Source: Macrostomum lignano
Taxonomy: Eukaryota
Assembly: GCA_002269645.1 (NCBI GenBank)
Contig: NIVC01001987.1
Location: 68,463 to 132,462, forward strand
Reading direction: 5' to 3'
DNA: 64,000 bases
Shown one piece after another: positions 34,935 to 47,978 of this stretch; position 1 is the first letter of the stretch, and each line of letters starts with the position of its first letter. The position numbers and the translations under genes were made by a program. The notes below the pieces were generated by a model. The model was not told the DNA's origin. It saw only the letters and a program-made list of their open reading frames with translations, and searched no databases.

Positions 34935-37900
34935 ATGGACACCAACAGCGACGCCGGCGAGGTGCTGGAGCTGCCGCTCAGCGACGGCCTGAACACAGAG
35001 GGAGCCCTGCACCGCCTGCGGGCTGGCGATTTGCTGCGCTTCACCCTGCACCACAGCCTGGTCGGCCAGCACAGCAACCTGCTGCTCGAGACCAACCACC
35101 CGCCCGCTGCCGATGCGGCCTTCAGCCGATCCGCCTGGCGCCGCCTGGGCTTCACCTCGGCTCACCCGCTGGACTGTTTCGATGCCTGCGCCGATCTGCT
35201 CATCTGCCAGGCTGGCTGCTTTGATTTCCGGCTTCTGCGTCCGGCTGTCGGTGGCGAGGAGGCGGCGACCCAGGCTGCTGTGGCCGTTGGAAGCTTCGTG
35301 GTAGAGCCGCAGCTGCCGCTCTCCGTGCCGCTGGAGGTTCGTGCTTGAACTTATTGAAACTTGCCAGCATGTTGAATGAGTCCTTGAGTTGGTTTGCAGG
35401 GTGCAGATCAAGGCGTCAGTTAAGGAGTTTTGCTTATTTTGCTGATCCGTGAGCACACAGCACTCACAGAGTGCACCGCGGCCTTGACTTCATTGTCTGA
35501 GTTGCACACTTCGCCTTGGTAGTTGGACTTTAGTAGTGACCAGAAAAGTAAAAGGCAAAATTTTATCAAAGCAATCTATTTTTGCTTTTGCACCTAAGGA
35601 CACCACCAGCTTTTCATTCCATATCTGTTGTTAAGGCGAGGATCTTTATAAGGTTTCGAAAGCCATCAGGCTAATGATGAATTAGAAATCTATTTTGAGT
35701 TCGGGAATTCGTTCCTTAGTAATACGAGTAGCTCTGCTGGTCAGCTTGGCATTTCAGCTGACTTAAGTGATTCCTTCTACCATTCCCACTTACAGGGCCT
35801 GAAGGTGCAGACTTACCTGGCCAAGAGCCTGGGCCCGCTGTCCGGCTGGCTGCCCCGCCTGTCTGTGGCGGCAGCCTGCGGCTACAACATGATTCACTTC
35901 ACGCCGCTGCAGGAGCTGGGCTACTCCCACTCTGCCTACTCGCTGCGCGACCAGCTCAAACCAAATCCAGCCTTCGCCGCCGATTGGCCGCAGATTTCGG
36001 CCCTGATCGAACGGCTGCAGACGGAGCTCGGCCTGCTGTCTATGGCCGATCTCGTCTTCAACCACACGGCCAACGATTCGCCCTGGATTGCCGAGCACCC
36101 CGAGTGCGCCTACAACTTGGTGAACACACCGCACCTGCGACCCGCCTATCTGGTTGATCGGGCCATCGTGCACTGGTCCGAGTGCATCGCTAGGGGCGAC
36201 TACAAAGCTGACGGCCTTGGAGACAAAGTTTCCACGGAGGAGCATCTGGAGAAGGTTTGAGGAGCTTCAGTGACTGGATTTTGGTCGTTTTGGGTAGCTT
36301 TGGGTTTAAGTAGCTTGGGTTTGAGCAGCTTTCGTTTGAGCAGCTTAGGTTTAAGTAGCTTGGGTTTGAGCAGCTTGGGTTTTAGTAGCTTGGGTTTGAG
36401 CAGCTTTCGTTTGAGTAGCTTGGCTTGAGTAGCTTGGGTTTGAGTAGCTAGGGTTTGAGTAGCTTGGGTTTGAGCAGCTTGGGTTTGAGCAGCTTTCGTT
36501 TGAGCAGCTTGGGTTTGAGTAGCTTGGGTTTGAGCAGCTTGGGTTTCAGTAGCTTGGGTTTGAGCAGCTTTCGTTTGAGCAGCTTGGGTTTGAGTAGCTT
36601 GGGTTTGAGTAGCTTGGGTTTGAGCAGCTTGGGTTTGAGTAGCTTGGGTTTTAGCAGCTTTCGTTTAAGCAGCTTGGGTTTGAGTAGCTTGGGTTTGAGT
36701 AGCTTGGGTTTGAGCAGCTTGGGTTTTAGCAGCTTTCGTTTGAGCAGCTTGGGTTTGAGTAGCTTGGGTTTTAGCAGCTTTCGTTTAAGCAGCTTGGGTT
36801 TGAGTAGCTTGGGTTTGAGTAGCTTGGGTTTGAGCAGCTTGGGTTTGAGCAGCTTTCGTTTGAGCAGCTTGGGTTTGAGTAGCTTGGGTTTTAGCAGCTT
36901 TCGTTTAAGCAGCTTGGGTTTGAGTAGCTTGGGTTTGAGTAGCTTGGGTTTGAGCAGCTTGGGTTTGAGTAGCTTGGGTTTGAGCAGCTTGGGTTTGAGT
37001 AGCTTGGATTTGAGCAGCTTTCGTTTGAGCAGCTTGGGTTTGAGTAGCTTGGGTTTGAGCAGCTTGGGTTTGAGCAGCTTTCGTTTGAGCAGCTTGGGTT
37101 TGAGTAGCTTGGGTTTGAGTAGCTTAGGTTTGAGCAGCTTGGGTTTGAGTAGCTTGGGTTTGAGCAGCTTTCGTTTGAGTAGCTTGGGTTTGAGTAGCTT
37201 TGGTTTGAGTAGCTTGGGTTTGCGCAGCTTGGGTTTGGGTAGCTTGGGTTTGGGTAGCTTGGGTTTGAGCAGCTTTGGTTCAAGCAGCTTGGGTTTCAGT
37301 AGCTTGGGTTTGAGCAGCTTGGGTTTGAGCAGCTTGGGTTTGAGTAGCTTGGGTTTAAGCAGCTTGGGTTTCAGTAGCTACCCAAGTGGTCAGCCAATCA
37401 AGGGCAGCCTGTCGTACCCATTTTAGGCCAAGCAGAAACTGCGCGCTATCTTGGAGGGACTAAATATTTCCGATTTCTACTTGTGCCACGTGGACAACCT
37501 GGTGGCCGAGTTCTCCGCCTACCTGGTGTCCGGGCACTGCCCCACCACCGGCCAGCTGGAATCGCTGGCCCCAGAGCTGCTGCTGCTGCAGCCAGACCCG
37601 GCCTATCGCAGGCACGGCTGTAGGGTGCGCATGGACCTGGCCGCCAAGTACCACTACCTGCCCGTCAGGCACCTGCCCGCCTCCGTGGACCGGGCCGCTG
37701 CCAGCCTGCGCCAGCACCTGGACTATCTTAATGCCGAGCGAGCCAAGGAGATTGCGGTTCACATCTCAGCTGCTGTGGACAATGCTATTGCTGGCGCCAG
37801 ATACAGGTGACTGACTGATTGTGGTATTTCTTGTATTTTCGGATTTGGTAATCAGCCTGCTCTTAGATAAGTCCAATTAAAATCATAGCCAGAATGCCCT

Positions 37901-40900
37901 TGGGCTTCATTTTTGGTACCGAAAAAGAAGCTCGAGCCGATTCTCGAATTTAAAGACTTTACTTTAACTCCTGTTACGTTTGCTTCTTCCGTTATTTCTT
38001 TCGCTTTATTAACTAGGTCGTTTCAAATCATTTTATACATTCTATAAAATGTCAACATCAGACTCCTTCGGCACGCTTTTTAATAATAGCGCGCTAAATG
38101 GGACATTGTTTAATGCTTTCTGACAGTGTTTGAAGTTTCTAAGAAGTTAAATTTTGGCGCGAATTCAAACTGTGTAGCTTGTAGCTGGTGGTACATTTCG
38201 TCAGCAAAAGATGAACCCATCGCGTTGCTCCTTTCCCCAGGTTCGTGAACCCGGATGGCGAGCTGCTCGGCCGGGTCACAGCGGACACGCCGATGGTGTG
38301 GAACTACTTCCTGCACCAGTGGCCTGACATCCCCCTGTCCAGCTGCGAGCGGCAGGTCCTTGACTCGCCTGACCGGGCCGTCCGCGTCATGGCGCACAAC
38401 GGCTGGGTGATGAACGACGACCCGATGCGCAACTTTGCCGAGCAGCCCGACTGCAACATATTCCTGCGCCGTGAGCTCATCGTCTGGGGCGACTCAGTGA
38501 AGCTGCGCTACGGCCGGGGTCCCGACGACTGCCCCTACCTGTGGCAGCGCATGGCCGAGTACACCGAGAGCACCGCCCGGGTGTTCCATGCTGTCCGCCT
38601 CGACAACTGCCACTCCACTCCGCTGCACGTGGCGCAGCACATGCTTGACAGGGCCCGGGCTGTGCGGCCCGACCTCTACGTTACTGGCGAGCTGTTCACC
38701 GGCTCGGAGAGGCTGGACAATATCTTCATCAGCCGACTGGGCATCAGCTCGTGCATTCGGGAGGCTTTAAGCGCTTGGAGTCCGTTTGAGCTGGGCAGGC
38801 AGGTTTACAAGTGAGTTGCAGTGTTGGCACCGGCTTACAAGCTATCCGTCACTCCATCCCTTATCACTCTGATGTCTTATGAACTGTAGGACTTTCACTT
38901 GTGTGTTTTGCAAGTATCCGTAACTCAGTCCCTTATCAATCTGGTGTCTTATGAATTGTAGGACTTCCACTTGTGTATTTTGCAAGTATCCGTAACTCAG
39001 TCCCTTATCAATCTGGTGTATTATGAACTGTAGGACTTCCACTTGTGTATTTTGCAAGTATCCGTCACTCAGTCCCTTATCAATCTGGTGTATTATGAAT
39101 TGTTGGACTTCCACTTGTGTGTTTTGCAAGTACCCGTCACTCAGTCCCTTATCAATCTGGTGTCTTATGAATTGTTGGACTTCCACTTGTGTATTTTGCA
39201 AGTATCCGTCACTCAGTCCCTTATCAATCTGGTGTCTTATGAATTGTTGGACTTCCACTTGTGTGTTTTGCAAGTATCCGTCACTCAGTCCCTTATCAAT
39301 CTGGTGTATTATGAATTGTTGGACTTCCACTTGTGTGTTTTGCAAGTATCCGTCACTCAGTCCCTTATCAATCTGGTGTATTATGAATTGTTGGACTTCC
39401 ACTTGTGTGTTTTGCAAGTATCCGTCACTCAGTCCCTTATCAATCTGGTGTCTTATGAATTGTAGGACTTCCACTTGTGTGTTTTGCAAGTATCCGTCAC
39501 TCAGTCCCTTATCAATCTGGTGTATTATGAATTGTTGGACTTCCACTTGTGTATTTTGCAAGTATCCGTCACTCAGTCCCTTATCAATCTGGTGTATTAT
39601 GAATTGTAGGACTTCCACTTGTGTGTTTTGCAAGTATCCGTCACTCAGTCCCTTATCAATCTGGTGTCTTATGAATTGTTGGACTTCCACTTGTGTGTTT
39701 TGCAAGTATCCGTCACTCAGTCCCTTATCAATCTGATGTATTATGAATTGTTGGACTTCCACTTGTGTGTTTTGCAAGTATCCGTCACTCAGTCCCTTAT
39801 CAATCTGGTGTCTTATGAATTGTTGGACTTCCACTTGTGTATTTTGCAAGTATCCGTCACTCAGTCCCTTATCAATCTGGTGTCTTATGAATTGTTGGAC
39901 TTCCACTTGTGTATTTTGCAAGTATCCGTCACTCAGTCCCTTATCAATCTGGTGTATTATGAATTGTTGGACTTCCACTTGTGTGTTTTGCAAGTATCCG
40001 TCACTCAGTCCCTTATCAATCTGGTGTCTTATGAATTGTAGGACTTCCACTTGTGTGTTTTGCAAGTATCCGTCACTCAGTCCCTTATCAATCTGGTGTA
40101 TTATGAATTGTTGGACTTCCACTTGTGTGTTTTGCAAGTATCCGTCACTCAGTCCCTTATCAATCTGGTGTCTTATGAATTGTTGGACTTCCACTTGTGT
40201 GTTTTGCAAGTATCCGTCACTCAGTCCCTTATCAATCTGGTGTATTATGAATTGTTGGACTTCCACTTGTGTGTTTTGCAAGTATCCGTCACTCAGTCCC
40301 TTATCAATCTGGTGTCTTATGAATTGTTGGACTTCCACTTGTGTATTTTGCAAGTATCCGTCACTCAGTCCCTTATCAATCTGGTGTCTTATGAATTGTT
40401 GGACTTCCACTTGTGTATTTTGCAAGTATCCGTCACTCAGTCCCTTATCTCTCACTGGATCACCGAGTTCTCTAACAAGCCCGGTAACCATCGCAGATAC
40501 GGCGGCCCGCCTGTAGGCGACCTGCAGCGCGAGCGCAGCCACCCCATCTGCTCGGCGGTGTCGCGCGCCCTGCTGTTCGACGCCACTCACGACAATCCGA
40601 GCCCCGTGGAGGCCCGCTCTGCACACAACCTGCTGCCCGCCTCAGCCCTGGTGGCCATGGCCGCTTGCGCCACGGGCAGCAACCGCGGCTACGACGAGCT
40701 TGTGCCGCATCACATCCACGTGGTGCAGGAGACTCGTCTGTACCAGACTGTGCAGCAGGTAACTTGGCGGATGTTCTGAGCCTGCAAGATGGTCAATTCA
40801 GTGCTAAATAGTGCACTAAAATGCCAAAGCGAATTTAAGCCTTGAAAAGTAAAGTTTAAAGAGTTGCATCCTATTACTACCAGTAGTACTTGTTGAGAAC

Positions 40901-43900
40901 AAAAAATGACTCGGTGCTACTGGTAGGTGCTGTTTGAATGCCAGGAAATCGCATGTGCCGCTGAAATTAAACTCTAATTTGCCCCACCAGGTGGAGAAGG
41001 AGCCGGCCGTGACCAAGGGCAAGCGCCTGCTGAACGAATTGCACGCCCATCTGGCCGCCGAAGGCTTCGAGGAGCAGTTTGTTGACCAGGTGACCGACTC
41101 CGTGGTGGCCGTCACCCGGCACAATCCCGCCAGCCACCAGAGCGTCATCCTCATCGCCCACACCGCCTTCTCCGCGCCTACCGCCGACTTGCGGCCGCAC
41201 GTGCCGTCCCTGCCGATCAGCGGCAGCATTGGTGAGGTGATCTTCGAGCTCACCTTCAGCCAGACACCGGCCAAATTCGTCCGCGACCCCAGCGTCATCA
41301 ACGGCCTGACGGGCTGCTCGATCGAGGCTCGGGAGCGCCTGCCGCTGGAGAAGTCGCAGCTTGTGGCTTTTGGTGACGGCCGCCTGCACTTCAAACACCT
41401 GCCGCCAGGAGCGGTGAGTTGTAATACAATGCCACTGTGAGTAGCTAGACGGGCACCTGTGGAGCTATTTCCCTGCTACGATTTCGTCAGCGGCCTGTGG
41501 CTTGTGTAATTCTCGCTGATGAGTGCCAACGCCCAATGCATGCGTGCGGTGCTCATGTTAGCTGTTTACTTTGCTCCTGCCAGGTGGTGGCTATCCGGGT
41601 TCTGCTCGACAAGCCCTCGGAGCTGGCCTGCTTGGCCCTGAAGAAGTCTCTGCTCAGCTGCAAGTCGCCCGAGTCCGGTGTATCTCTTGAGGACGCCGTT
41701 TCCGGGCTGAACGCTCACCACCTGTCCCACCTGCTGTTCCGCTGCGCAGCCGAGGAGGGCGGCGGCATCTACAATGTGCCGAGCTTCGGCGACCTCGTCT
41801 ACTGCGGGCTGCACCGGCTGGGCCGGCTGATGCGGGAGGTCAACCTGCGCAAGGATCTGGGACATCCGGTGTGCGGCAATCTGCGGCAGGGCGACTGGCT
41901 GCCCAACTATGTCCTGGGCCGGATTGAGAGGTGAGGATGCAGCTGTAGTGCCAGTTTACACTTGGTAAATGCCTGTACTGCAGGTGTGCACAGACCCTGG
42001 ATTGCGTCAGTAGCGGCTCGTCCTGGCAGCTTGGTAAATGCCTGTACTGCAGGTGTGCACAGACCCTGGATTGCGCCAGTAGCGGCTCGTCCTGGCAGCT
42101 TGGTATTTAGCAGACATTATAGCCAATACGTCTTATAGTCGAAGGGGAAGGGGAATAAACACAGGGGACTAGCCTCAGCTCCCTGCATTGCACCACAGGT
42201 GCGGCTTCGCGCCCAAGCTGGCCGCCTGGCTGTCCGAGTACCTGAAGGCGATGCGGCAGGTCCCGCGCTACCTCGTCCCGTCCTACTTTGGCTCGGCCGT
42301 CATACGCATTCACGACGCCCTGCTGGCGCGGGCCCGCTCGGTGCTGCTGCCCGCCTGTCCGGCCGCCTCCCGCCTGCTGTTTTGTCTGTCTCTCGGCTCC
42401 CTGCAGTTCGTCGGCGACCCGCCCGACTCGGCGCTGCCGCCGTTGGCGCCGGCGCTGGCCGACCAGCTGCCGCGGCTGTCCATCGCGGCCGGCTTCCCGC
42501 ACTTCGCCGCCGGCCTGTTCCGCAACTGGGGCCGCGACACCTTCATCTCCCTGCGCGGCCTCCTGCTGCTCACCGGCCGCTGGGACGACGCCCGCTCGGT
42601 GCTGCTGGCCTACGCCGGCGCCCTGCGCCACGGCCTCATCCCCAACCTGTGCGGCGGCGGCGGCGTCGGCGCCAGGTACAACTGCCGCGATGCCGTGTGG
42701 TACTGGCTGCACTGCGTCTGCGAGTTCGTTGCCATGGCGCCGTCCGGTGCCAGCGTCCTTGCCGATCCCGTGCTGCGCCTCTTCCCAACCGACGATTCTC
42801 AGCCGGTGTTTGACTGCGTGCAGCCGCTGCACCAGGTGAGCTTTTCTCCTGCAAAATTTGCAAGCTTTGTTTTTTGGTTAGCAACAAAGTCCAATGCGCA
42901 GCTGCTGGTGTTGTGAGCCAATTTACGCTCTTCTGCGGAGTTTCCAAGATGCATTGGTGCATTGTGCGATGCACAGTACAATGCCCTGCTAATAACTGTC
43001 CTTGTCTGTCTTTCTGAGCACACATGGAGCATCTTCTAGCATCATAGGCAGCTGCAAGCGTACCTCGGTTCCTCGCTAAGTCAATTGACGCAGTGTCATA
43101 GCCAGCGTTAACTAACTAAGCTCCTACCTGCCTCTCCAGGTGATGCAGGAGGCCCTGCAGCGCCACGCTGACGGCATCGACTTTGTGGAGCGCAACGCCG
43201 GGCCGCAGCTGGACTCGCACATGCGGCCCGAAGGCTTCCGCGTCACCGCCGGCCTCAGCTGGCCCTTCGTAGTTGGCGGCAGCCGCTGGAACTGCGGCAC
43301 CTGGATGGACAAAATGGGCGGCTCGGAGCGGGCCGGCAACCGCGGCGTGCCCGCCACGCCCCGTCACGGCTGCGCTGTTGAGCTGACGGGACTGTGCGCT
43401 GCCGTGGTGGACCGGCTGGCCAAATTTCCCAGGTTAGGCTCTGATTATTTGCTCTGCCAATGCTTCATTAATCAGAGCTTCAACTTACCCTGCAGCAATA
43501 AGGTGGCAGCTCTGAGCTGCCGTTGGGAGTTGCCCAAAATAATGCACCTATTGCACGCAAATGTGCTGAGTGGCCCATCTAGTTAATTCCTGTATCTGTT
43601 GTCCTGGCTATTGTTAATACTCCGCAAGTTAACGTAAATTAAAAAACCTAAATCAAGTTTTTATCGATGTGAAGTGCGTTTCTAATATATAAAATTGATG
43701 CAGATGCGCTTTAGACGCAGCTCAAAGATTCTACAGCGACTCCAGCACGCCTCAGATACGGCTCTACGGCCTCAAGAGTCGTTGCAAAAGCATCGCAAAG
43801 ACGACTTTCAGCCGACATGTACCGTAACATCTCGTCGTTTTAGAGAGTAGTCTAGAGTAACTTCTTTCCTTTTTACCTGTGTTACCTGCAACAACTCTGG

Positions 43901-45705
43901 GGCGGCGCAAGTGACTCTGAAATGCTTCTTGGCCTTGGTGCCGTTTTCGTGTCCATTTTATCTGAGTGCCGCTCTGCCTATCGCTCCTGCGCAGGTCCGC
44001 CTACCCGTACGAGGGCGTCAAGCACGGCGGCCGGCTCGTCTCCTGGGCCGACTGGGCCGCCGACCTCGCCAAGCAGTTCGAGCCGCGCTTCTGGCTGCCC
44101 GAGTCCGGCCACTACCGCGACCGCTGGCTGCCGGACGTGGATCCCGCCGACGACCCCGAAGGCCGGCAGTTGCGGCCAAACTTTCTAGTTGCCATGGTGA
44201 CGGCACCATTCTTGTTCAGCGCCGAGCGAGCCCGCGCCGCCCTGGAGCTGACGGAGCGCCGGCTGCTTGGCCCGCTCGGCATGCGGACGCTCGACCCCGC
44301 CGACCCGGCCTACCGCGGCCGCTACGACAACTCGGACGACTCCGGCGACTTCAGCGTGGCCGGCGGCTTCTCCTATCACAATGGGCCCGAGTGGCTGTGG
44401 CCGGTGGGCTATTACCTGCGCGCCCGGCTCGCTTTCTCGGAGCCGCCTTCCGGCCAGGTCGGTCACGTCCAGGCCGTGCTGGCCCGCTGCCAGGCCGCCA
44501 TGGAGGCCTCCGACTGGCACAGCCTGCCCGAGCTCACCAACCGGGATGGAGAGGTGAGGCTTCAGCAGCTGTTTCTGCTCATATTGATTAGTTGTAGCTT
44601 CCATCTAATCACTGCTCAAAAGTACCGCTGCAGCTACAACAGTATGAAAAACCGCCTACTGGAGAGTAGCAAGTAAAGAATCCAGAGAGCAGAGCATGTG
44701 TATGTGTAAGGGGGCAGAGCATGTGTAAGGGGCAGAGTGTGTGTAGGAGGGCAGAGCATGTGTAAGGGGCAGAGTGTGTGTAGGGGGGCAGAGCATGTGT
44801 AAGGGGGCAGACCATGTGTAAGGGGGCAGACCATGTGTAAGGGGGCAGAGCATGTGTAAGGGGCAGAGCATGTGTAAGGGGGCAGAGCATGTGTAAGGGG
44901 CAGAGCATGTGTAGGGGGGCAGAGCATGTGTAAGGGGCAGAGTGTGTGTAGGGGGGCAGAGCATGTGTAAGGGGCAGAGCATGTGTAAGGGGGCAGAGCA
45001 TGTGTAGGGGGGCAGAGCATGTGTAAGGGGCAGAGCATGTGTAAGGGGGCAGAGCATGTGTAAGGCCGTAAGGGGCAGAGTGTGTGTAGGGGGGCAGAGC
45101 ATGTGTAAGGGGCAGAGCATGTGTAAGGGGCAGAGCATGTGTAAGGGGGCAGAGCATGTGTAAGGGGGCAGAGTGTGTGTAGTGGGGGCAGAGCATGTGT
45201 AGGGGGCAGAGTGTGTTTAGGGGGCAGAGCATGTGTAGGGGGCAGAGTGTGTGTAGGGGGGCAGAGTTGGTTCTATTTTGTGCGCAGCCACATTTACTTG
45301 AAGCTTGTGCACAAAAGTCGGCTGGGAGATCGGCCGTCATGCGATTCACACCCGATGAGGCACAGGCAGTCTAGAAAGTCACCCTGTACACCCCGTATAC
45401 GCGCGTGTGTGAGTCTGTTGAATTGTCTCAACGATGTCGCCCAAGGTTTTCACAACCCTCCTGCGAATGTTTTTCATTCCTTCATAGTTCACCGTCCAAG
45501 CTGGTCTTGACCTTTTTGTACTCGCTATAAGATATTCGCTTCAAGATGCTTTATTAACTACTTGTTAGTAGGCGATCTCGTGCAATGACCAACTCCAACC
45601 CCCCCCAATGAACTGCAGCCCTGCCCACACAGCTGCCAAGCCCAGGCCTGGAGCATGGCCACAATGTTCGAGGCAGCCTGCGACCTGCGCAACCTGAAGC
45701 TGTGA
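34935..45705 (+). CDS. AGL: Glycogen debranching enzyme (4-alpha-glucanotransferase/amylo-1,6-glucosidase); exons 34935-35336, 35796-36254, 37427-37806, 38241-38810, 40497-40758, 40991-41413, 41584-41930, 42199-42835, 43140-43432, 43995-44553, 45619-45705; 1472 aa
   Basis: GH13-like motifs [34 protein letters not shown] and THDN. Glucosidase-domain motifs [42 protein letters not shown] and QAWS. All introns GT-AG; 4419 nt in frame. Confidence 0.96.
36295..37380. repeat. 15-bp minisatellite AGCTTGGGTTTGAG(T/C), ~70 copies, in AGL intron 2
   Basis: Direct periodicity. Confidence 0.96.
38860..40450. repeat. 72-bp minisatellite, ~22 copies, in AGL intron 4
   Basis: 24-aa periodic ORFs; units differ at a few binary positions. 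Confidence 0.97.
41962..42105. repeat. 69-bp tandem duplication in AGL intron 7
   Basis: TTGGTAAATGCCTG starts at 41962 and 42031. Confidence 0.9.
44690..45262. repeat. 18-20-bp G-rich minisatellite GTGTAAGGGG(G)CAGAGCAT in the last AGL intron
   Basis: Direct periodicity with variable G-run length. Confidence 0.95.
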
Positions 45706-46919
45706 GCTCGCTGGCCATGAGACTTTGGGATTATTGAGACTCCAAGAGAATGCAGACTCTGAGCTGCTCTCTGCTGTAGTATTAATTTTTTCAATATGAA
45801 CTTCATCTTAGAGAACACCGGATGTGCGAACATACCTTTGATTTCAGTAGCACCTGCTCTGAGCAGCCCCATGTAGAATTTTTATCAAACCTGTCACAGA
45901 GCTCTCAGATTTGCCACGTAGTCCCAAAAGCTGCACCATTTTAGTTGGTATTTTGTTTTTGTCCAACCAACAAACTATTTTACTTGCTATGCCCATAAAA
46001 TGAATCGATTTTGATCTGTCAGAACCAGTTTAGTAAGAATTGTTTACAGCTATTTTGCTCTTAGATGTCATTAGTTACCTAATTAGAGTCGCATGCACCA
46101 GTGAAATTCGACTGTTTCATTGGCATCGAGATTTTTCCCTGTCACCCTAGCACTCTAGCTGTAGCGATGCTTGTGTAGTATTTAGTAATAAATATCCATT
46201 GGAATGCTTAGTGGCTTTCTTTATATTTTATTTCACAATCAGAAAGCATAAAAATATAGCAATTGCCAGGCCTGACCTGAAGCCAGTTTAGCCATTCTCA
46301 ATTAGAATTAAATTTGAATAAATTCTTTAATTTCTTATGCGAATTGAAAACGCTTATTATTTAAAAGAGTAGTAAATGTACTTTATTATGTACCTTATCA
46401 GAGGAGAGGGCAATGCCGTTTATGATTGTAGACACTCCTAGTAATTAGGGAGAAAAAATCAATAAAAAAAAATTTCCGGCTCAAGGCGACGTCGCTCGCC
46501 TGGGTACGCAGGGCGGGCAGGGCAGACGGAATCCGGAAATTGCAGGAAAAATGAGCCAATACAGACGCAGAGCGGGCGAGTTACATCCAGGATGAGCAAT
46601 TGATATGTAATTAATACTAGCAATGAGTCAAAGCTTTGAGATGCAAGTTCAATCTCAAAATGTAAGAAATTGTGTCTCGTCCAGCTTCTAAGTGGTCATT
46701 GAATCGTTAGGTGGCGTCTCTTTATTGGCGGTGTGATCTTGAATGTCATACTTAGCATGGATTTTAAGGGGTCTAGTTTATCATGTTCGTTTTTGTATTC
46801 CTGCTGCCATTTATTGATCTCATCAGATTGATCTCAATGGGAGCAGTAACGAGCTACCTTGAAAGCCTGACAAATCTTGCAGGTTAAATGTTCAATTTGA
46901 AGTACGAAGCAAAGGTGCA

Positions 46920-47978
46920 TCAGCCAGTGGCAAGTGTAAATCCTTCGCTGTAAATAAGGTGGTCAAAGTCCTTATGAATCCACAATATATCGCAGTCCTC
47001 CCACAGTTCTGCATTTTTGACATCCAGCGCTGACAGGCCCGGAGTCCGCCAAGCGGAGTAGTTTCTGCTGGCGAAGAAGTCAACTATCGTTGCGCTGTCA
47101 GTTCCGACCATGTGCTGCCTCAGAAACTCCATCTGCACAAAAACCACTCTGAACTGGGTGAACAGACAGCCCGACGTCCTCAGGAAGTCCGCCTCTCCGC
47201 CCTCGATGTCCAGCTTGATGACGACGTTCCTCGTGCCGATGAGGCCGCACAGCCGCTCGCTCCTTACCGGCATCACGGGGATCGAGTCGACCACGGCTCT
47301 ACCGAACTTGGTCGCTCCGCCGACGTTGCAGTCGTCAGGGAAGTTGAGGAAGCTCAGCTGGTCTCCGGATCCGATGAAGTTCCACACGAGCGCCGCATCG
47401 AGCGCCGCCGCGTTGAGGCTCAGCCGCAATCGGAGCAGGTTGCGGATGTTCGCGTCCAGCGACACGACGGGCAGCCCGAGTCTCGCGGCCAGCAGGCTGT
47501 AGACACCGATGTTGCAACCCGCGTCGAGGAAGGTCGCGTTCGGCACCTTCAGAGCCAGTCTCATGGTTGTATGGACCAGCTCACGCTCCCATTCGTGACT
47601 GGTCTTGATGGCCTCAGAAATCATGTCTTTCCCAGGGTAGACGAACATTTGCAGCAGATTTTCGTTGAAATCGCGGATTCGAGCTGGCACGCTGCCCTTG
47701 CGGATAATCTGCATAATCTGCGGCACGAACGGGGTGGCTAGTTTGCACAGCGGGAAACCAGCCGAAGTTTGTTTGTAGGCCTCGGCATTGACGCATAGGC
47801 GATGTCGCAGTTTCGGGTCCAGAAAGCTCATGTTCTTCAGTTCTGAGTAGGCGACGCAATTTTTCGGTCGCATTTCTACGCGTGCGCTGTTCGAGACAGA
47901 GTTGTACAGTCTGACGCAGAGATAGGCGGTGCTGCAGGCTAGTAGTAACAGCACCCTCAGGTACCTGAGGGTCAGCAT
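46920..47978 (-). CDS. FkbM-family (Methyltransf_21-like) SAM-dependent methyltransferase, copy A, 352 aa, N-terminal membrane anchor, intronless
   Basis: SAM-binding motif FLDAGCNIGVYSL and FkbM motif VIKLDIEGGE; hydrophobic N-terminus LRVLLLLACSTAYLCV. Confidence 0.88.
   Translation of the reverse strand: MLTLRYLRVLLLLACSTAYLCVRLYNSVSNSARVEMRPKNCVAYSELKNMSFLDPKLRHRLCVNAEAYKQTSAGFPLCKLATPFVPQIMQIIRKGSVPARIRDFNENLLQMFVYPGKDMISEAIKTSHEWERELVHTTMRLALKVPNATFLDAGCNIGVYSLLAARLGLPVVSLDANIRNLLRLRLSLNAAALDAALVWNFIGSGDQLSFLNFPDDCNVGGATKFGRAVVDSIPVMPVRSERLCGLIGTRNVVIKLDIEGGEADFLRTSGCLFTQFRVVFVQMEFLRQHMVGTDSATIVDFFASRNYSAWRTPGLSALDVKNAELWEDCDILWIHKDFDHLIYSEGFTLATG

Noticed and set aside
36455-37426. 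323-aa SSLGL ORF resembling a leucine-rich or structural protein
   Set aside because: 15-bp intronic repeat in AGL
38842-40626. 594-aa antisense ORF and other ORFs over the 72-bp array
   Set aside because: They are translations of an intronic minisatellite whose unit is a multiple of 3; a stop-free frame in a 24-codon unit is expected by chance, and AGL splices cleanly around it
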